Positions 15,586 to 24,745 of a stretch of 32,000 bases of DNA are shown here, one piece after another. The stretch spans positions 85,086 through 117,085 of the forward strand of contig REDA01000045.1 of the NCBI GenBank assembly GCA_007693745.1. Reading direction: 5' to 3'. This stretch comes from Balneolaceae bacterium. GTDB lineage: Bacteria; Bacteroidota; Rhodothermia; Balneolales; Balneolaceae. The notes under the pieces were generated by a model, which was not told the DNA's origin, searched no databases, and saw nothing but the letters and a program-made list of their open reading frames with translations. Made by a program: the position numbers and the translations under genes. Position 1 is the stretch's first letter. Each line of letters starts with the position of its first letter.

Positions 15586-16910
15586 ATTCCCATCCTGCCA
15601 TATCAGATTCACTTTCTCAAATCAAGGCAGAAGCTATTGCTGAATCCCTGCGGCTGAAATATTACGGCAAAGTGTCCTCTGTTGTGGGAACCATTGTGGA
15701 GTGTACCGGTTTGGAGGCATCCGTGGGTGAACTCTATGAGATTCATACTATCACCGGTAAGAAGGTCATGGCAGAGGCTGTAGGCCTCAGGGATGGATAT
15801 ACACTACTGATGCCCTATAGCCGCACGGAAGGAATGAAGGCGGGATGTCTGGTCGAAAACCTGGGACACTCTTTGAATATCCAGGCAGGATTCGAGATGC
15901 TTGGAAGGGTAATCGACGAAAACGGGCAACCGATCGATAAACTGGGTCCGGTGATGGCAAATGAGCAGGTCCCGGTGTATAGTGATCCACCTGCACCGCT
16001 GAGCCGGAATCAGATCAACCGGGTAATGAAGACCGGTATCCGCGCGATTGACGCACTGAACACGATCGGGGTGGGACAGAGACTGGGTCTGTTTGCAGGT
16101 TCAGGTGTAGGCAAAAGTGTGCTTCTGAGCATGATTGCGCAGCACTCTGATGCGGATGTGAATGTGATTGCCCTGGTGGGTGAAAGAGGCAGGGAAGTGC
16201 AGGAGTTTATTGAGGATACTCTTGGAGAGGAGGGACTGGCTAAATCTGTGGTTGTTGCGGTTACATCCGATCAGGCTGCCATGAGCCGGGTGAAAGGTGC
16301 CTTCACCGCTACAGCCATTGCAGAATATTTCCGTGATAAAGGAAAAAATGTCCTTCTCATGATGGACTCCGTGACCCGTGTGGCAATGGCTCAAAGGGAA
16401 ATCGGACTGGCTTCCGGCGAGCCTCCCACAACAAAAGGGTACACGCCGAGTGTGTTCGCACTGCTGCCCAAACTGCTCGAAAGAGCCGGTAAAACTGGCA
16501 ATGGAAGCATCACAGGCCTCTATACGGTGCTTGTGGACAGTGATGATATGAATGAACCCATTGCAGATGCCGTGCGCTCTATCCTGGATGGCCATATCGT
16601 GCTTTCAAGGCGCCTGGCGCATAAAAATCACTATCCGGCAATTGATGTGCTGGAGAGTATTTCGAGGGTTATGCCTAAAATTATCAGTGAAGAAGAGCGT
16701 GCCGTGTCGATGAAAGCCAGAGAACTCATTGCTGTGTACAGAGAAGCTGAAGACCTGATCAATATCGGCGCCTATGTTAAGGGATCCAATCCGAAAATTG
16801 ATGATGCTGTGAAAAAAAATCCGGAGTTGGAATCATTTTTGATACAAGATCTAAGAGAAGCCGACTTCAGTGAAGATCTCTGGGGAGCGCTTAAGAAAAT
16901 CATTCAATAA
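15582..16910 (+). CDS. fliI: Flagellum-specific type III export ATPase FliI
   Basis: Walker A GSGVGKS, Walker B LLMMDSVTR, plus G.RA(I)D......GQR.G(L)FAG, GEPP...GY.PSVF and HYPAID motifs of the FliI/YscN family. Confidence 0.97.
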   Translation: MNSHPAISDSLSQIKAEAIAESLRLKYYGKVSSVVGTIVECTGLEASVGELYEIHTITGKKVMAEAVGLRDGYTLLMPYSRTEGMKAGCLVENLGHSLNIQAGFEMLGRVIDENGQPIDKLGPVMANEQVPVYSDPPAPLSRNQINRVMKTGIRAIDALNTIGVGQRLGLFAGSGVGKSVLLSMIAQHSDADVNVIALVGERGREVQEFIEDTLGEEGLAKSVVVAVTSDQAAMSRVKGAFTATAIAEYFRDKGKNVLLMMDSVTRVAMAQREIGLASGEPPTTKGYTPSVFALLPKLLERAGKTGNGSITGLYTVLVDSDDMNEPIADAVRSILDGHIVLSRRLAHKNHYPAIDVLESISRVMPKIISEEERAVSMKARELIAVYREAEDLINIGAYVKGSNPKIDDAVKKNPELESFLIQDLREADFSEDLWGALKKIIQ

Positions 16911-16928
16911 CCATTTGGTACCGGATAT

Positions 16929-17357
16929 ATGAAATTCAATTTTTCTCTTAATTCAGTCTTAAAAGTTCGCGAGCATCAGGAGACATTCCAGAAGCAGAGA
17001 CTTGCACAGGAACTTCAGAACAAAAAGAAAATTGAACAGATTCGATCTGAAGTCAATCACAAGCTCAACAGTTACCTCCAAAAAAATGAATATGAACAAG
17101 TTGTTTCGATCCATACGATGAAACGTTTCGGGTGTCATATTCAGGAAGCGAATCAGCAGATTCATCAGTTGAGCCAGAAGGAAAACAACGCCGAAAAGAA
17201 AGTCCAGAGCGAACAGGTGAAGCTGGAGAAAGCTCATAAAGAGAAGCATATCATGGAAAAAGCGAAAGAGTTTGAATTCAGCATCTTCTCACAGAAGCTT
17301 TCCAGATCCGAGCAAAACAGCATGGATGAAATCGCAGTTCAGCTATACAGCCGATAA
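16929..17357 (+). CDS. fliJ: Flagellar export chaperone-escort protein FliJ
   Basis: 142-aa all-helical coiled-coil protein immediately after fliI. The N-terminus F.F.L..VLK(V)RE..E is FliJ-like. Confidence 0.85.
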   Translation: MKFNFSLNSVLKVREHQETFQKQRLAQELQNKKKIEQIRSEVNHKLNSYLQKNEYEQVVSIHTMKRFGCHIQEANQQIHQLSQKENNAEKKVQSEQVKLEKAHKEKHIMEKAKEFEFSIFSQKLSRSEQNSMDEIAVQLYSR

Positions 17358-17360
17358 TCG

Positions 17361-18002
17361 ATGGATAAGAAGAAGATCATATTTGGAGCCATGCTGATTG
17401 TGCCGTTTGTCGTCACACTCGGGATCTTCTTTTTCCTCTATCCGATGCTGAATGAGGAAAAGATGGAAGAGATCCGGGAGCAGTCGGCAGCCGAAGAGGG
17501 TTTCGGTACTCAGACAGATACCCATATCACCTCCCGAAATTACGACTTTCTTACGGTGCAGCTCGATCTTCTGATGAGGGAACAGCAGTCACTCCGAAAT
17601 TCAATCGATATATTGAGGGCCGAAAAAGAGCAGCTCGAGCATATGATAGCGGAACTGGATGAAATTGCAGAAGAGAAAATGACCCATCTTTCAGAACTGC
17701 CCGCTCAGCAGAGAGAAGAACAGCCTTCAGATGAATCCGGGCCAGTTGCAGAACAGCAACCGGAAAGAGTAGCCATGGAAACAGTCGCTGAGGTGATAGA
17801 GGAAGAGCAGGAGCCTTTTGCCGACAGAGTTAAAAGTCTGCTGAATCTTGATGAGGATGAACTCTCTCCGATACTGGTGAAAATGAACAATGATCAGTTG
17901 GTTCGGCTCTACAGAAATGCGGGAAATATTCAGAGAGAGAAGCTTCTCAGATCGCTCAACCCCGACCGGGCAGCTCTGCTCATGGAATCCATCATGCTAT
18001 GA
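17361..18002 (+). CDS. YlxF/FlbB-like flagellar protein (TM anchor + coiled coil + MgtE_N-like C-terminal domain)
   Basis: N-terminal TM (IIFGAMLIVPFVVTLGIFFFLY), a coiled coil, an acidic linker and a C-terminal L.LDEDELSPILVKMNNDQLVRLYRN......EKLLRSLNPDRAALLMESI (MgtE_N/MotE-like). It occupies the same fliJ-to-fliK slot as B. subtilis ylxF and Borrelia flbB. Confidence 0.7.
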   Translation: MDKKKIIFGAMLIVPFVVTLGIFFFLYPMLNEEKMEEIREQSAAEEGFGTQTDTHITSRNYDFLTVQLDLLMREQQSLRNSIDILRAEKEQLEHMIAELDEIAEEKMTHLSELPAQQREEQPSDESGPVAEQQPERVAMETVAEVIEEEQEPFADRVKSLLNLDEDELSPILVKMNNDQLVRLYRNAGNIQREKLLRSLNPDRAALLMESIML

Positions 18003-20350
18003 TAGTAAATCTGATACATAACACATCCCGGGAAAACGGAGCCGTTACGGGGTCAAATCAGACCGTTGCGGAAGGCAGGAGTCAGTCGGTGCCGGGAGGA
18101 AACTTTCAGAGTATTCTGAAATCCCTCGAGTTTTCATTGGGAGAAAAACAAAGCAAGGAGAGTGAATCAACGAACGTTAGTGATAAATCTCTTCGAGCAG
18201 GCCTGGGGGGGCTTGTTTCGGAGGATTCGACAAGAGGGGAGACAGGAAAAAGACAAGAGAGCACAGCTGCACAAAGTGAGGCAGCATCAGGAGAGGTTTC
18301 AAAAGAGAGCAGCAACCAAACCACAGAAGGTGAGAGAGATAAAAAAGCAACAAGGCAGGCCGGGTCCGGGAGGAGAGAACTTCCGTCCGGCGAAGCCTTG
18401 TTGAACCAGAAAGAAGCATTCGTATCTGAAAATGAAAGTGTCGCAGCTGCCGCACCGGGGAGGGACCCTGTTACTGAGGGAGAGAGAGGGGTTCCGTCAG
18501 AGGGTGCTGATATGGGGAAAAATGAGAGTCAGATTCCGCTGCTGAATGAAGAGCTGAAAGCCGGTGTGATTTCAAGTGAAAAATCAGAGAGCGAAAGCGG
18601 ACAGATTACTCGTTTGTCAACGGTAAAAAATGCGAGCCCTGAGAATCTGAACGATCCGGGAGATAGTGATCCGGGTATTGAAACGATTTATACAGAAGTT
18701 GCCAAAATGGATTTGGCAACTGGTAGTGAAGATGAAACTGTTGGCGAGAGAGGAGAAAAACAGACAAGGAACGCCGGATTTGAAGATAACAGACCTTTAA
18801 CCGGCGGGTCCTTGCTGAATCAGATACTTTCCGATTCGGGTAACAAGACAGAGATTTTTAAACATTCCGATGGTACGCAAGGCAGTTCAGCTCCAATTAG
18901 CGGATCGGGCCGGCCGGAAACTGATTCTATTGCTGCAGACGGATTGGATCGGCCTCCGGCCGTTCACGCATCCGGGTTTTTATATGAAGCAACAGTTCAA
19001 AAGGAGCCAGTGACCTCCTCGCTTAAGCAAACAGCTCATCATGTGGTACGTGAAGAGATGGAGAGCCCGGTAAAAATCAAGAGTGAAACACTGTCCCGCG
19101 GGAGATCAGGGGCTCTCAGCCAGGCGGCAGCACCGTTGCATCAGGAGAGTTCCTCATCTCCGGCGTTGAGTGAGGCTCTGCGTCAGGAGGGCGGAGTGAA
19201 TCCGAATCCGATGTCCGATGTATCACCCCGGGAAGGAGCAGATCCCCTTGTTCAGAAAGGGGACGTGACTCCGGTTACGATCGCTGAAAAAGCCGGCACG
19301 GAACAGGCGCAATCCGGTAAAGTATCCGGGCAGGTTTTATCAGATCAAAAAGAAGCTGTCGTTTCAGAAAAACCGGCTGAAACCGAAAACCGGGAGATAG
19401 TACGTAATCCGGTCAGTAATCCAATCCGTTCGGCTGAACCCTTGTTTGTAAAACAGGCCGCGGTTGCTGCAGCTCAAACGATGAGCAGCGACGTACCTCT
19501 TTCGCGAAGGGAACAGGCTGAAGTGCCAGTAACTCCGGCATCGGCATCCGCTCAGGCAGTGTCAACGCCACAGGTTGCCGCAAGTGCATTTGTCCCGCAT
19601 GAAACCTCCGTAAAAAAAGAGAGAATGGATCTCTCTTCATTTGAGAGGGGCAGCAGCCGTGCAACCGGATTCGCAACGGAGGCTTCCGGCACTGCTGCCA
19701 GGGGGATCAATCGGATGGGCGGAGGGACAGGTCAGTCAGTACAGGATCTTTCGGCTGCCAGCGGATCGGTGGATGAACCGACAGAGGATGAGTTGCTCTG
19801 GACCGAACACACTGCCGAGGATGCAGAGCAGAGTGAAAACAGATCCTCTGATCTCCAATCCATCGCATTTTCAAGGCTCACAGATCTGCATGTGACCAAT
19901 CTCTATGTGAGAAGAACCGTGCTTCCGGGTATCACACAAGCGGTTTTGAGTACAACAAGTGAAGGGAAATCGACAGAGAACTGGCAACGGCACAATTTTG
20001 TACTGGAAGATGGCAGCAAAATCAGTTTATCCGCCAGGGAGTCGGAAGGAGTGCTCCACATTAAACTGGCCGCTTCACTCGGCGAACTGAACAAGATTCT
20101 CCAGCAGTATCAGAACGAGATCAGGGAACATCTGGAGAAGGAGTGTAATCTGACGATTGACCTGCAGTTTGAGGGTCATAATCCCGAATCGGAAAACGGC
20201 AGTTTTTTAAATGAAAATATGATCGGAGGACGTTTTGCGCCGGCTCGCGGCAGAGATGAAACCGAAGAGGGCAATCAGCAGAAAGACCCCCCGGGTTATT
20301 CAGCGCGGATAAGAAGTTTCGGGTATAATCAGAATGAGTGGACCGCATAA
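17999..20350 (+). CDS. fliK: Flagellar hook-length control protein FliK, unusually long (783 aa)
   Basis: About 600 aa of S/E/G/A/T-rich low-complexity sequence. It is followed by a C-terminal Flg_hook/T3S4-like domain (FVLEDGSKISLSARESEGVLHIKLAASLGELNKILQQYQNEIREHLEKECNLTIDLQF). Position is between the ylxF-like gene and flgD, and the start overlaps the upstream stop (ATGA). Confidence 0.85.
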   Translation: MIVNLIHNTSRENGAVTGSNQTVAEGRSQSVPGGNFQSILKSLEFSLGEKQSKESESTNVSDKSLRAGLGGLVSEDSTRGETGKRQESTAAQSEAASGEVSKESSNQTTEGERDKKATRQAGSGRRELPSGEALLNQKEAFVSENESVAAAAPGRDPVTEGERGVPSEGADMGKNESQIPLLNEELKAGVISSEKSESESGQITRLSTVKNASPENLNDPGDSDPGIETIYTEVAKMDLATGSEDETVGERGEKQTRNAGFEDNRPLTGGSLLNQILSDSGNKTEIFKHSDGTQGSSAPISGSGRPETDSIAADGLDRPPAVHASGFLYEATVQKEPVTSSLKQTAHHVVREEMESPVKIKSETLSRGRSGALSQAAAPLHQESSSSPALSEALRQEGGVNPNPMSDVSPREGADPLVQKGDVTPVTIAEKAGTEQAQSGKVSGQVLSDQKEAVVSEKPAETENREIVRNPVSNPIRSAEPLFVKQAAVAAAQTMSSDVPLSRREQAEVPVTPASASAQAVSTPQVAASAFVPHETSVKKERMDLSSFERGSSRATGFATEASGTAARGINRMGGGTGQSVQDLSAASGSVDEPTEDELLWTEHTAEDAEQSENRSSDLQSIAFSRLTDLHVTNLYVRRTVLPGITQAVLSTTSEGKSTENWQRHNFVLEDGSKISLSARESEGVLHIKLAASLGELNKILQQYQNEIREHLEKECNLTIDLQFEGHNPESENGSFLNENMIGGRFAPARGRDETEEGNQQKDPPGYSARIRSFGYNQNEWTA

Positions 20351-20362
20351 ACAGGGAAAATT

Positions 20363-21046
20363 ATGAATATTCACAGCATCAATGCCAATACATCCATGGT
20401 GAACAACCAGCGCACCGGTTCAAAGAATGAACTGGGACAGCAGCAGTTTCTGCAGCTGCTGGTTGCGCAGATGCGGAATCAGGATCCGATCAATCCGCTC
20501 GATGGTGCTGAATTTGCATCCCAGCTGGCTCAGTTCAACTCAGTAGAGCAGCTGATCAGTGTCAATCAGGGGCTGAAGTCTCTGCAGGAGAGTCAGGATC
20601 TGATGAGTGCAAGTCTCAACAATTCAATGGCGGCAACGCTTACAGGGAAACAGGCCAAGGTGATGACCAATGAAATTCATCTGAGTGACGGTGAACCTGT
20701 GCATTTGAAATTTGAGCTGCAAACCGGCGCTGATGAGATCGAAGTGATTATCCGGAATGCATCCGGAAGTGAAGTAAGACGTGAAACGATACCGGGGATG
20801 CCATCAGGAGAGAACGAATGGAGCTGGGATGGTAAAAATGATGCAGGAGCCACACTTTTTGACGGAACATATACTGTTGAACTCAAGGCGAAAAGCAGCG
20901 GGAGCCCGGTTTCATCCATGATGTTTCTGGAAGGAGTGGTTGAAAAAGTGAGATTTACCGGAGACGGTGTCTTTTTGAGTGTTAACAATATTCAGGTGCC
21001 CATCGGGGATGTTCAGGAAATAAGGAATACACCGAAAGAGATTTAA
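20363..21046 (+). CDS. flgD: Flagellar hook assembly/capping protein FlgD
   Basis: QQQFLQLLVAQMRNQDPINPLD..EF.SQLAQF..VEQL is the FlgD N-terminal signature. The C-terminus is FlgD-Ig-like (W.WDGKND.G....DG.Y...). Confidence 0.95.
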   Translation: MNIHSINANTSMVNNQRTGSKNELGQQQFLQLLVAQMRNQDPINPLDGAEFASQLAQFNSVEQLISVNQGLKSLQESQDLMSASLNNSMAATLTGKQAKVMTNEIHLSDGEPVHLKFELQTGADEIEVIIRNASGSEVRRETIPGMPSGENEWSWDGKNDAGATLFDGTYTVELKAKSSGSPVSSMMFLEGVVEKVRFTGDGVFLSVNNIQVPIGDVQEIRNTPKEI

Positions 21047-21127
21047 CAAACAAACAAAAAACAACGGATTTGCCGTAAGGTAATCCATGCAGGCAATCAA
21101 ATACTGCAGTAAAAACAAGGAGAAAAC

Positions 21128-22804
21128 ATGTCATTAATCAGATCATTAAACTCGGGAGTCAGTGGTTTGAGAGCCTTCCAAACCAAAATGGACGTGATTG
21201 GTAATAATATTGCCAATGTGGAAACAGCAGGATTTAAATCGTCAAGAGTGTCTTTTGCTGAAATGATGAATCAGCGGCTTGGGCGGCCGGGCGGCGGCGG
21301 GGAATCCTCACCTCAGCTCAGCAATCAGGTAGGCCTCGGTGTGAGGGTTTCTTCGATCGACCGTGATTTTAGTCAGGGAGCACTTCAGACCACCGGAAGA
21401 ACGACTGACCTGGCACTGGAAGGGGATGGTTTTTTTGTAGTGAAGAGCGGCACTCAGGATCTGATGACCCGTGCCGGCAATTTCGTATTCAATAAAGATG
21501 GATTTCTTGTGGATCAGGGCGGACGCTTTGTGCAGGGCTATAATGCCGATGTGAGAGGGAATGTACTGGCCGGGGGGCGGACAGATAATATTCGCGTCGA
21601 TTTTGAAAATGCACTGCCACCCAAGCATACCGATCTGGTGACTCTGGCAGGTAACCTGAGTGCCAATACCAGCACCAACAGAGTGCTTCAGGCACTGAAC
21701 TCATTCACCGTGGCAGGAGGGGGGGCAGCAACCCTGGCTACACCGCTGAATGACCTGGTGCAGACACTGGATGATTTGGTTGCAGGAAATACGATTGTTA
21801 TAAACTATACAGATAACGCTGGAGCTACTGATAATGGTGCGGTACCTCCCGTTCCACATACGTTGACATTCACTTATGATGACGCACTGCCGGTACCGAA
21901 CCCGGCTGGATTAGTACAAAATTCACTGGGTCATTTACTTCATGTATTAAACGATCAACTTGGCAATGAAGGCACTTTCTCACTGGTGGATGGTATGCTG
22001 ATGCTTCGCTCAGCAGAGCTTGGGGACAGCCAACTGAACATAGACAGCATCGCGGTAACGGATGGTAAAATCAACATGCCGAGCTTCCAGACGATTAATG
22101 CGGGTCAGACCAATACCCAGACCATGAGCACCACGGTTTATGACGATCTCGGCAGAGGTCACTCGCTGCTCCTGGAGTTTGTACAGACCGCAGATAACAC
22201 GTGGGAGTACACGGCTCGTTTCCTGGACGGACAGGTGATTACGGATGGTGCTACCGGACAGATCACTTTTGATGAACTGGGGCAGCTCACTTCCGCCAAC
22301 ACACTGAATATGACCTTTGAACCCGGAAACGGAGCCAATACCGTTACATTCGATGTTTCTCTTGGAGATACCGCGCAGGGTACTCAATTTACCCAGTATG
22401 CGGGATCCAATACAGCCAAGGTGATCAATCAGAACGGCTATACACAGGGTGCACTGGTGGATATGAATGTCGATTCCGATGGCAGGGTGCAGGGGATCTA
22501 TGACAACGGCAAGAGCATGGTGCTCGCGCAGCTGGCCATCGCACAGGTTCAGAATCAGAACGGTATGGAGATGGTGGATGGCGGACTCTTTATGGCGACG
22601 TCTGCAGCCGGTGAGGTGTTTATTGATGTGGCACAGAATTTTGCCGGAACCAATATCAACGCCGGGGCGCTTGAGGGATCGAACGTGGATCTGGCCAAGG
22701 AGTTCACCGACATGATCACCTCGCAGAGGGCGTATCAATCGAATGCAAGGGTGATCAGTACCTCCGACGACATGCTCCAGGAGGCTGTGAATCTGAAGAG
22801 ATAA
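21128..22804 (+). CDS. flgE: Flagellar hook protein FlgE
   Basis: N-terminus MSLIRSLNSGVSGLRAFQTKMDVIGNNIANVETAGFKSSRV. C-terminus GALEGSNVDLAKEFTDMITSQRAYQSNARVISTSDDMLQEAVNLKR. A strong SD (AAGGAG) lies 6 nt upstream. Confidence 0.96.
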   Translation: MSLIRSLNSGVSGLRAFQTKMDVIGNNIANVETAGFKSSRVSFAEMMNQRLGRPGGGGESSPQLSNQVGLGVRVSSIDRDFSQGALQTTGRTTDLALEGDGFFVVKSGTQDLMTRAGNFVFNKDGFLVDQGGRFVQGYNADVRGNVLAGGRTDNIRVDFENALPPKHTDLVTLAGNLSANTSTNRVLQALNSFTVAGGGAATLATPLNDLVQTLDDLVAGNTIVINYTDNAGATDNGAVPPVPHTLTFTYDDALPVPNPAGLVQNSLGHLLHVLNDQLGNEGTFSLVDGMLMLRSAELGDSQLNIDSIAVTDGKINMPSFQTINAGQTNTQTMSTTVYDDLGRGHSLLLEFVQTADNTWEYTARFLDGQVITDGATGQITFDELGQLTSANTLNMTFEPGNGANTVTFDVSLGDTAQGTQFTQYAGSNTAKVINQNGYTQGALVDMNVDSDGRVQGIYDNGKSMVLAQLAIAQVQNQNGMEMVDGGLFMATSAAGEVFIDVAQNFAGTNINAGALEGSNVDLAKEFTDMITSQRAYQSNARVISTSDDMLQEAVNLKR

Positions 22805-22841
22805 GCGGAGTTAATCCCTAAATAGTAACTGTTACACGCAG

Positions 22842-22896
22842 AGCTTTGTTCAGGCATCCGGATGGTTGGGTTCGGATGCCGGACAAAGCTTTTTTT
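22842..22896 (+). terminator. Rho-independent terminator downstream of flgE
   Basis: AGCTTTGT(22842-22849)/ACAAAGCT(22883-22890) and GGCATCCG(22853-22860)/CGGATGCC(22873-22880) form an interrupted ~16-bp stem. It is followed directly by T6 (22891-22896). Confidence 0.8.
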
Positions 22897-22903
22897 GTAT
22901 ACA

Positions 22904-23046
22904 CCCCTTCCCGTCGCAAGGGGATCCCTCCACTGCGCTCCGGTCGGGATGACAGGGGAGCGTAGCGACAGCGAAGGCGCCGAAGTCGAAGAATCTCCCC
23001 GTTCGAAATCCTTTTTGCTGTAAGGGGAGGTCTGTTCATACCCCTT
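22904..23046. repeat. GC-rich, multi-hairpin intergenic element bounded by matching CCCCTT/AAGGGG hairpins (REP/MITE-like; copy number not assessable here)
   Basis: Left end CCCCTT(22904-09)...AAGGGGA(22918-24); right end AAGGGGA(23022-28)...CCCCTT(23041-46). Internal stems CGCTCC/GGAGCG and TCGAA/TTCGA. The element is locally much more GC-rich than its flanks. The only ORFs are antisense-looking artefacts (22735..23076, 22818..23039). Confidence 0.45.
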
Positions 23047-23120
23047 TAGCGTAAAAAATCCACACCACGAAACCACAATGTCAGATTAAAAAATCTTAAT
23101 AAAACCATATATGCCACAGT

Positions 23121-23146
23121 TAAGGTTTTCCTGGATCAGACGATAA
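23121..23146 (+). promoter_or_regulatory. Sigma-28 (FliA)-type promoter upstream of motA
   Basis: TAAGGTTT(23121-28)-N10-GACGATAA(23139-46) versus the consensus TAAAGTTT-N11-GCCGATAA: 7/8 and 7/8 matches with a spacer 1 nt short. The -10 ends only 7 nt before the motA ATG, implying a leaderless or near-leaderless mRNA. Confidence 0.55.
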
Positions 23147-23153
23147 TGACACT

Positions 23154-24032
23154 ATGTTAGACCGTTCAAGTATCATAGGATTATTGCTGGGATCGGTCCT
23201 GGTTGTTGGCTCCATAGTAACACAGGGCGAATTGGGTCTGTTTCTCAGCCTGGCTTCACTGATGATTGTGGCAGGAGGGATTGTGGCTTCCACCATGGTG
23301 AACTACAGCTTTGAAAACATCAAGGAGAGTGTGCGCGCCATTTTGAGTCTTACCAGTGCTCAGAGTGTGGATCTCAGAACAGATATGGAGCTGCTGACCA
23401 TGTTTGCGAGGCGGGTTCGGACGGATGGATTGCTGGTTCTGGACAGCGATATCAAGCATATCAAAAATGAATTTCTGGAAAACGGTCTGAGGCTGGCGGT
23501 GGACGGATTCAAAAAAGAGAGCCTCGACAGTATCCTCCAGGATGAAATTCAGAGCCGGGAGAAGCAGATTGACACCTCCATCAATGTACTGCACTCCATG
23601 GCGGGTTATGCACCGGCTTTCGGAATGATCGGAACGGTAATCGGGATGATTTTGATGCTTCAGAACATCGAAGATCCGCAGTCGCTGGGCGCCGGTCTCT
23701 CCGTAGCGCTTCTGACCACCCTCTACGGGACCATGTTTGCGAATATGCTTCTGGGACCCATGGCCGGAAAGCTGGAATTTTTAAGTGAGCTCGATCTCAA
23801 CCGAAAAGAGATGATACGGGTGGGTATCCTCTCTATGGTTGAGGGCGAAAACCCCAGAATCATGGAAAAGAAGATGCTGATTTACCTCGATCCAAAGAGC
23901 AGGGCAGAATACACGATGTATCATGAGGGAATGAGAATCAGCAAGGACAGGGATGAGAAATTCTACAAATTGTGGGTAGAACAGCAGAACAAGGAATGGC
24001 AAGATCTAAAGGAAATACTGGAAACTGGCTGA
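23154..24032 (+). CDS. motA: Flagellar stator protein MotA (MotA/TolQ/ExbB proton channel family)
   Basis: N-terminus SIIGLLLG..LV.GSI; C-terminal channel region APAFGMIGTVIGMI.ML......LG.G..VAL.TT.YG...AN....P...KL. 292 aa, followed by an overlapping motB. Confidence 0.92.
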   Translation: MLDRSSIIGLLLGSVLVVGSIVTQGELGLFLSLASLMIVAGGIVASTMVNYSFENIKESVRAILSLTSAQSVDLRTDMELLTMFARRVRTDGLLVLDSDIKHIKNEFLENGLRLAVDGFKKESLDSILQDEIQSREKQIDTSINVLHSMAGYAPAFGMIGTVIGMILMLQNIEDPQSLGAGLSVALLTTLYGTMFANMLLGPMAGKLEFLSELDLNRKEMIRVGILSMVEGENPRIMEKKMLIYLDPKSRAEYTMYHEGMRISKDRDEKFYKLWVEQQNKEWQDLKEILETG

Positions 24033-24733
24033 TGACATACAGCGACATGGTAACCCTGTTGCTTGTGTTTTTTGTGCTTCTATACGTCCTGACACCGGGA
24101 GTAGACCAGTCTGTGTTCGATAATTTCATCTCCTACTTTCAGAGTTCCATCGGTGTGATGGAGCAGCCGGCTACGATCTCAAGCAGGGGAGACCAGATTG
24201 AGGAGGTTCGGGATGAGATCGCAGCGGAGTGGATCGATTTCAGTGATTTTCTGGAGCAACACGGCCTGAGTTCGCATGTGGAGATCGAAAACACGGACGA
24301 CGGGATCAAGATTACCCTGAGCGATTCCCTCACTTTCAACAGCGGATCGGCCGAACTGTTGCCTGCCGCACAGATTGTCCTTGCGGAAATCGCCGGGGTT
24401 TTTGGCGAATCGGTCTCCTTCACTGAAGTGCAGGGGCATACAGATGATGTTCCTATTTCCCAAAACTCATTTTTCATTTCCAACTGGCACCTGGGAGCAG
24501 CCAGGGCGGTAAGTGTAGTTGAGTTCGTCCGGGACAGGAGTATTCTGGCACCCGATATGTTTAAAGCCAGCAGTTTTGGAGAGTACCGCCCCGTGGCGCC
24601 GAATACAACACCCGAGGGTCGCCGGCAGAACCGAAGGGTGGAGATTTATGTGTCGTATGCCAGAATGGTGGAAATCAATCAGAATGTAAGTCCGTTTCTC
24701 TTCGATTTTGCAGAGCCGGGCGAAACCCAATAA
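23996..24733 (+). CDS. motB: Flagellar stator protein MotB (OmpA-like peptidoglycan-binding C-terminus)
   Basis: WLMTYSDMVTLLLVFFVLLY (TM with the conserved Asp). OmpA-like region F.SGSAEL......L.EIA........V.GHTD..P.......SNW.L...RA..V..F....FGE.RP.A.N.T.EGR..NRRVEI. ATG 23996, preceded by AAGGA, is preferred over GTG 23972. Confidence 0.93.
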   Translation: MARSKGNTGNWLMTYSDMVTLLLVFFVLLYVLTPGVDQSVFDNFISYFQSSIGVMEQPATISSRGDQIEEVRDEIAAEWIDFSDFLEQHGLSSHVEIENTDDGIKITLSDSLTFNSGSAELLPAAQIVLAEIAGVFGESVSFTEVQGHTDDVPISQNSFFISNWHLGAARAVSVVEFVRDRSILAPDMFKASSFGEYRPVAPNTTPEGRRQNRRVEIYVSYARMVEINQNVSPFLFDFAEPGETQ

Positions 24734-24745
24734 TTCAACAGAACG

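Noticed and set aside
22010-22738. A 242-aa ORF antisense to flgE, and similar long antisense ORFs at 16101..16595 in fliI, 29053..29667 in fliR, 1792..2262, 14608..14991 and 26753..27130.
   Set aside because: Each lies wholly inside a confidently identified gene on the other strand. Their compositions are His/Arg/Cys-rich shadow-frame sequence with no recognisable motifs or independent start context.
22735-23076. Minus-strand ORFs of 113 aa and 73 aa covering the flgE-motA intergenic region.
   Set aside because: They are translations of the GC-rich hairpin element (for example ...SLSLRSPVIPTGAQWRDP...) and run into the flgE 3' end. Such peptides are typical artefacts of structured intergenic repeats, not genes.
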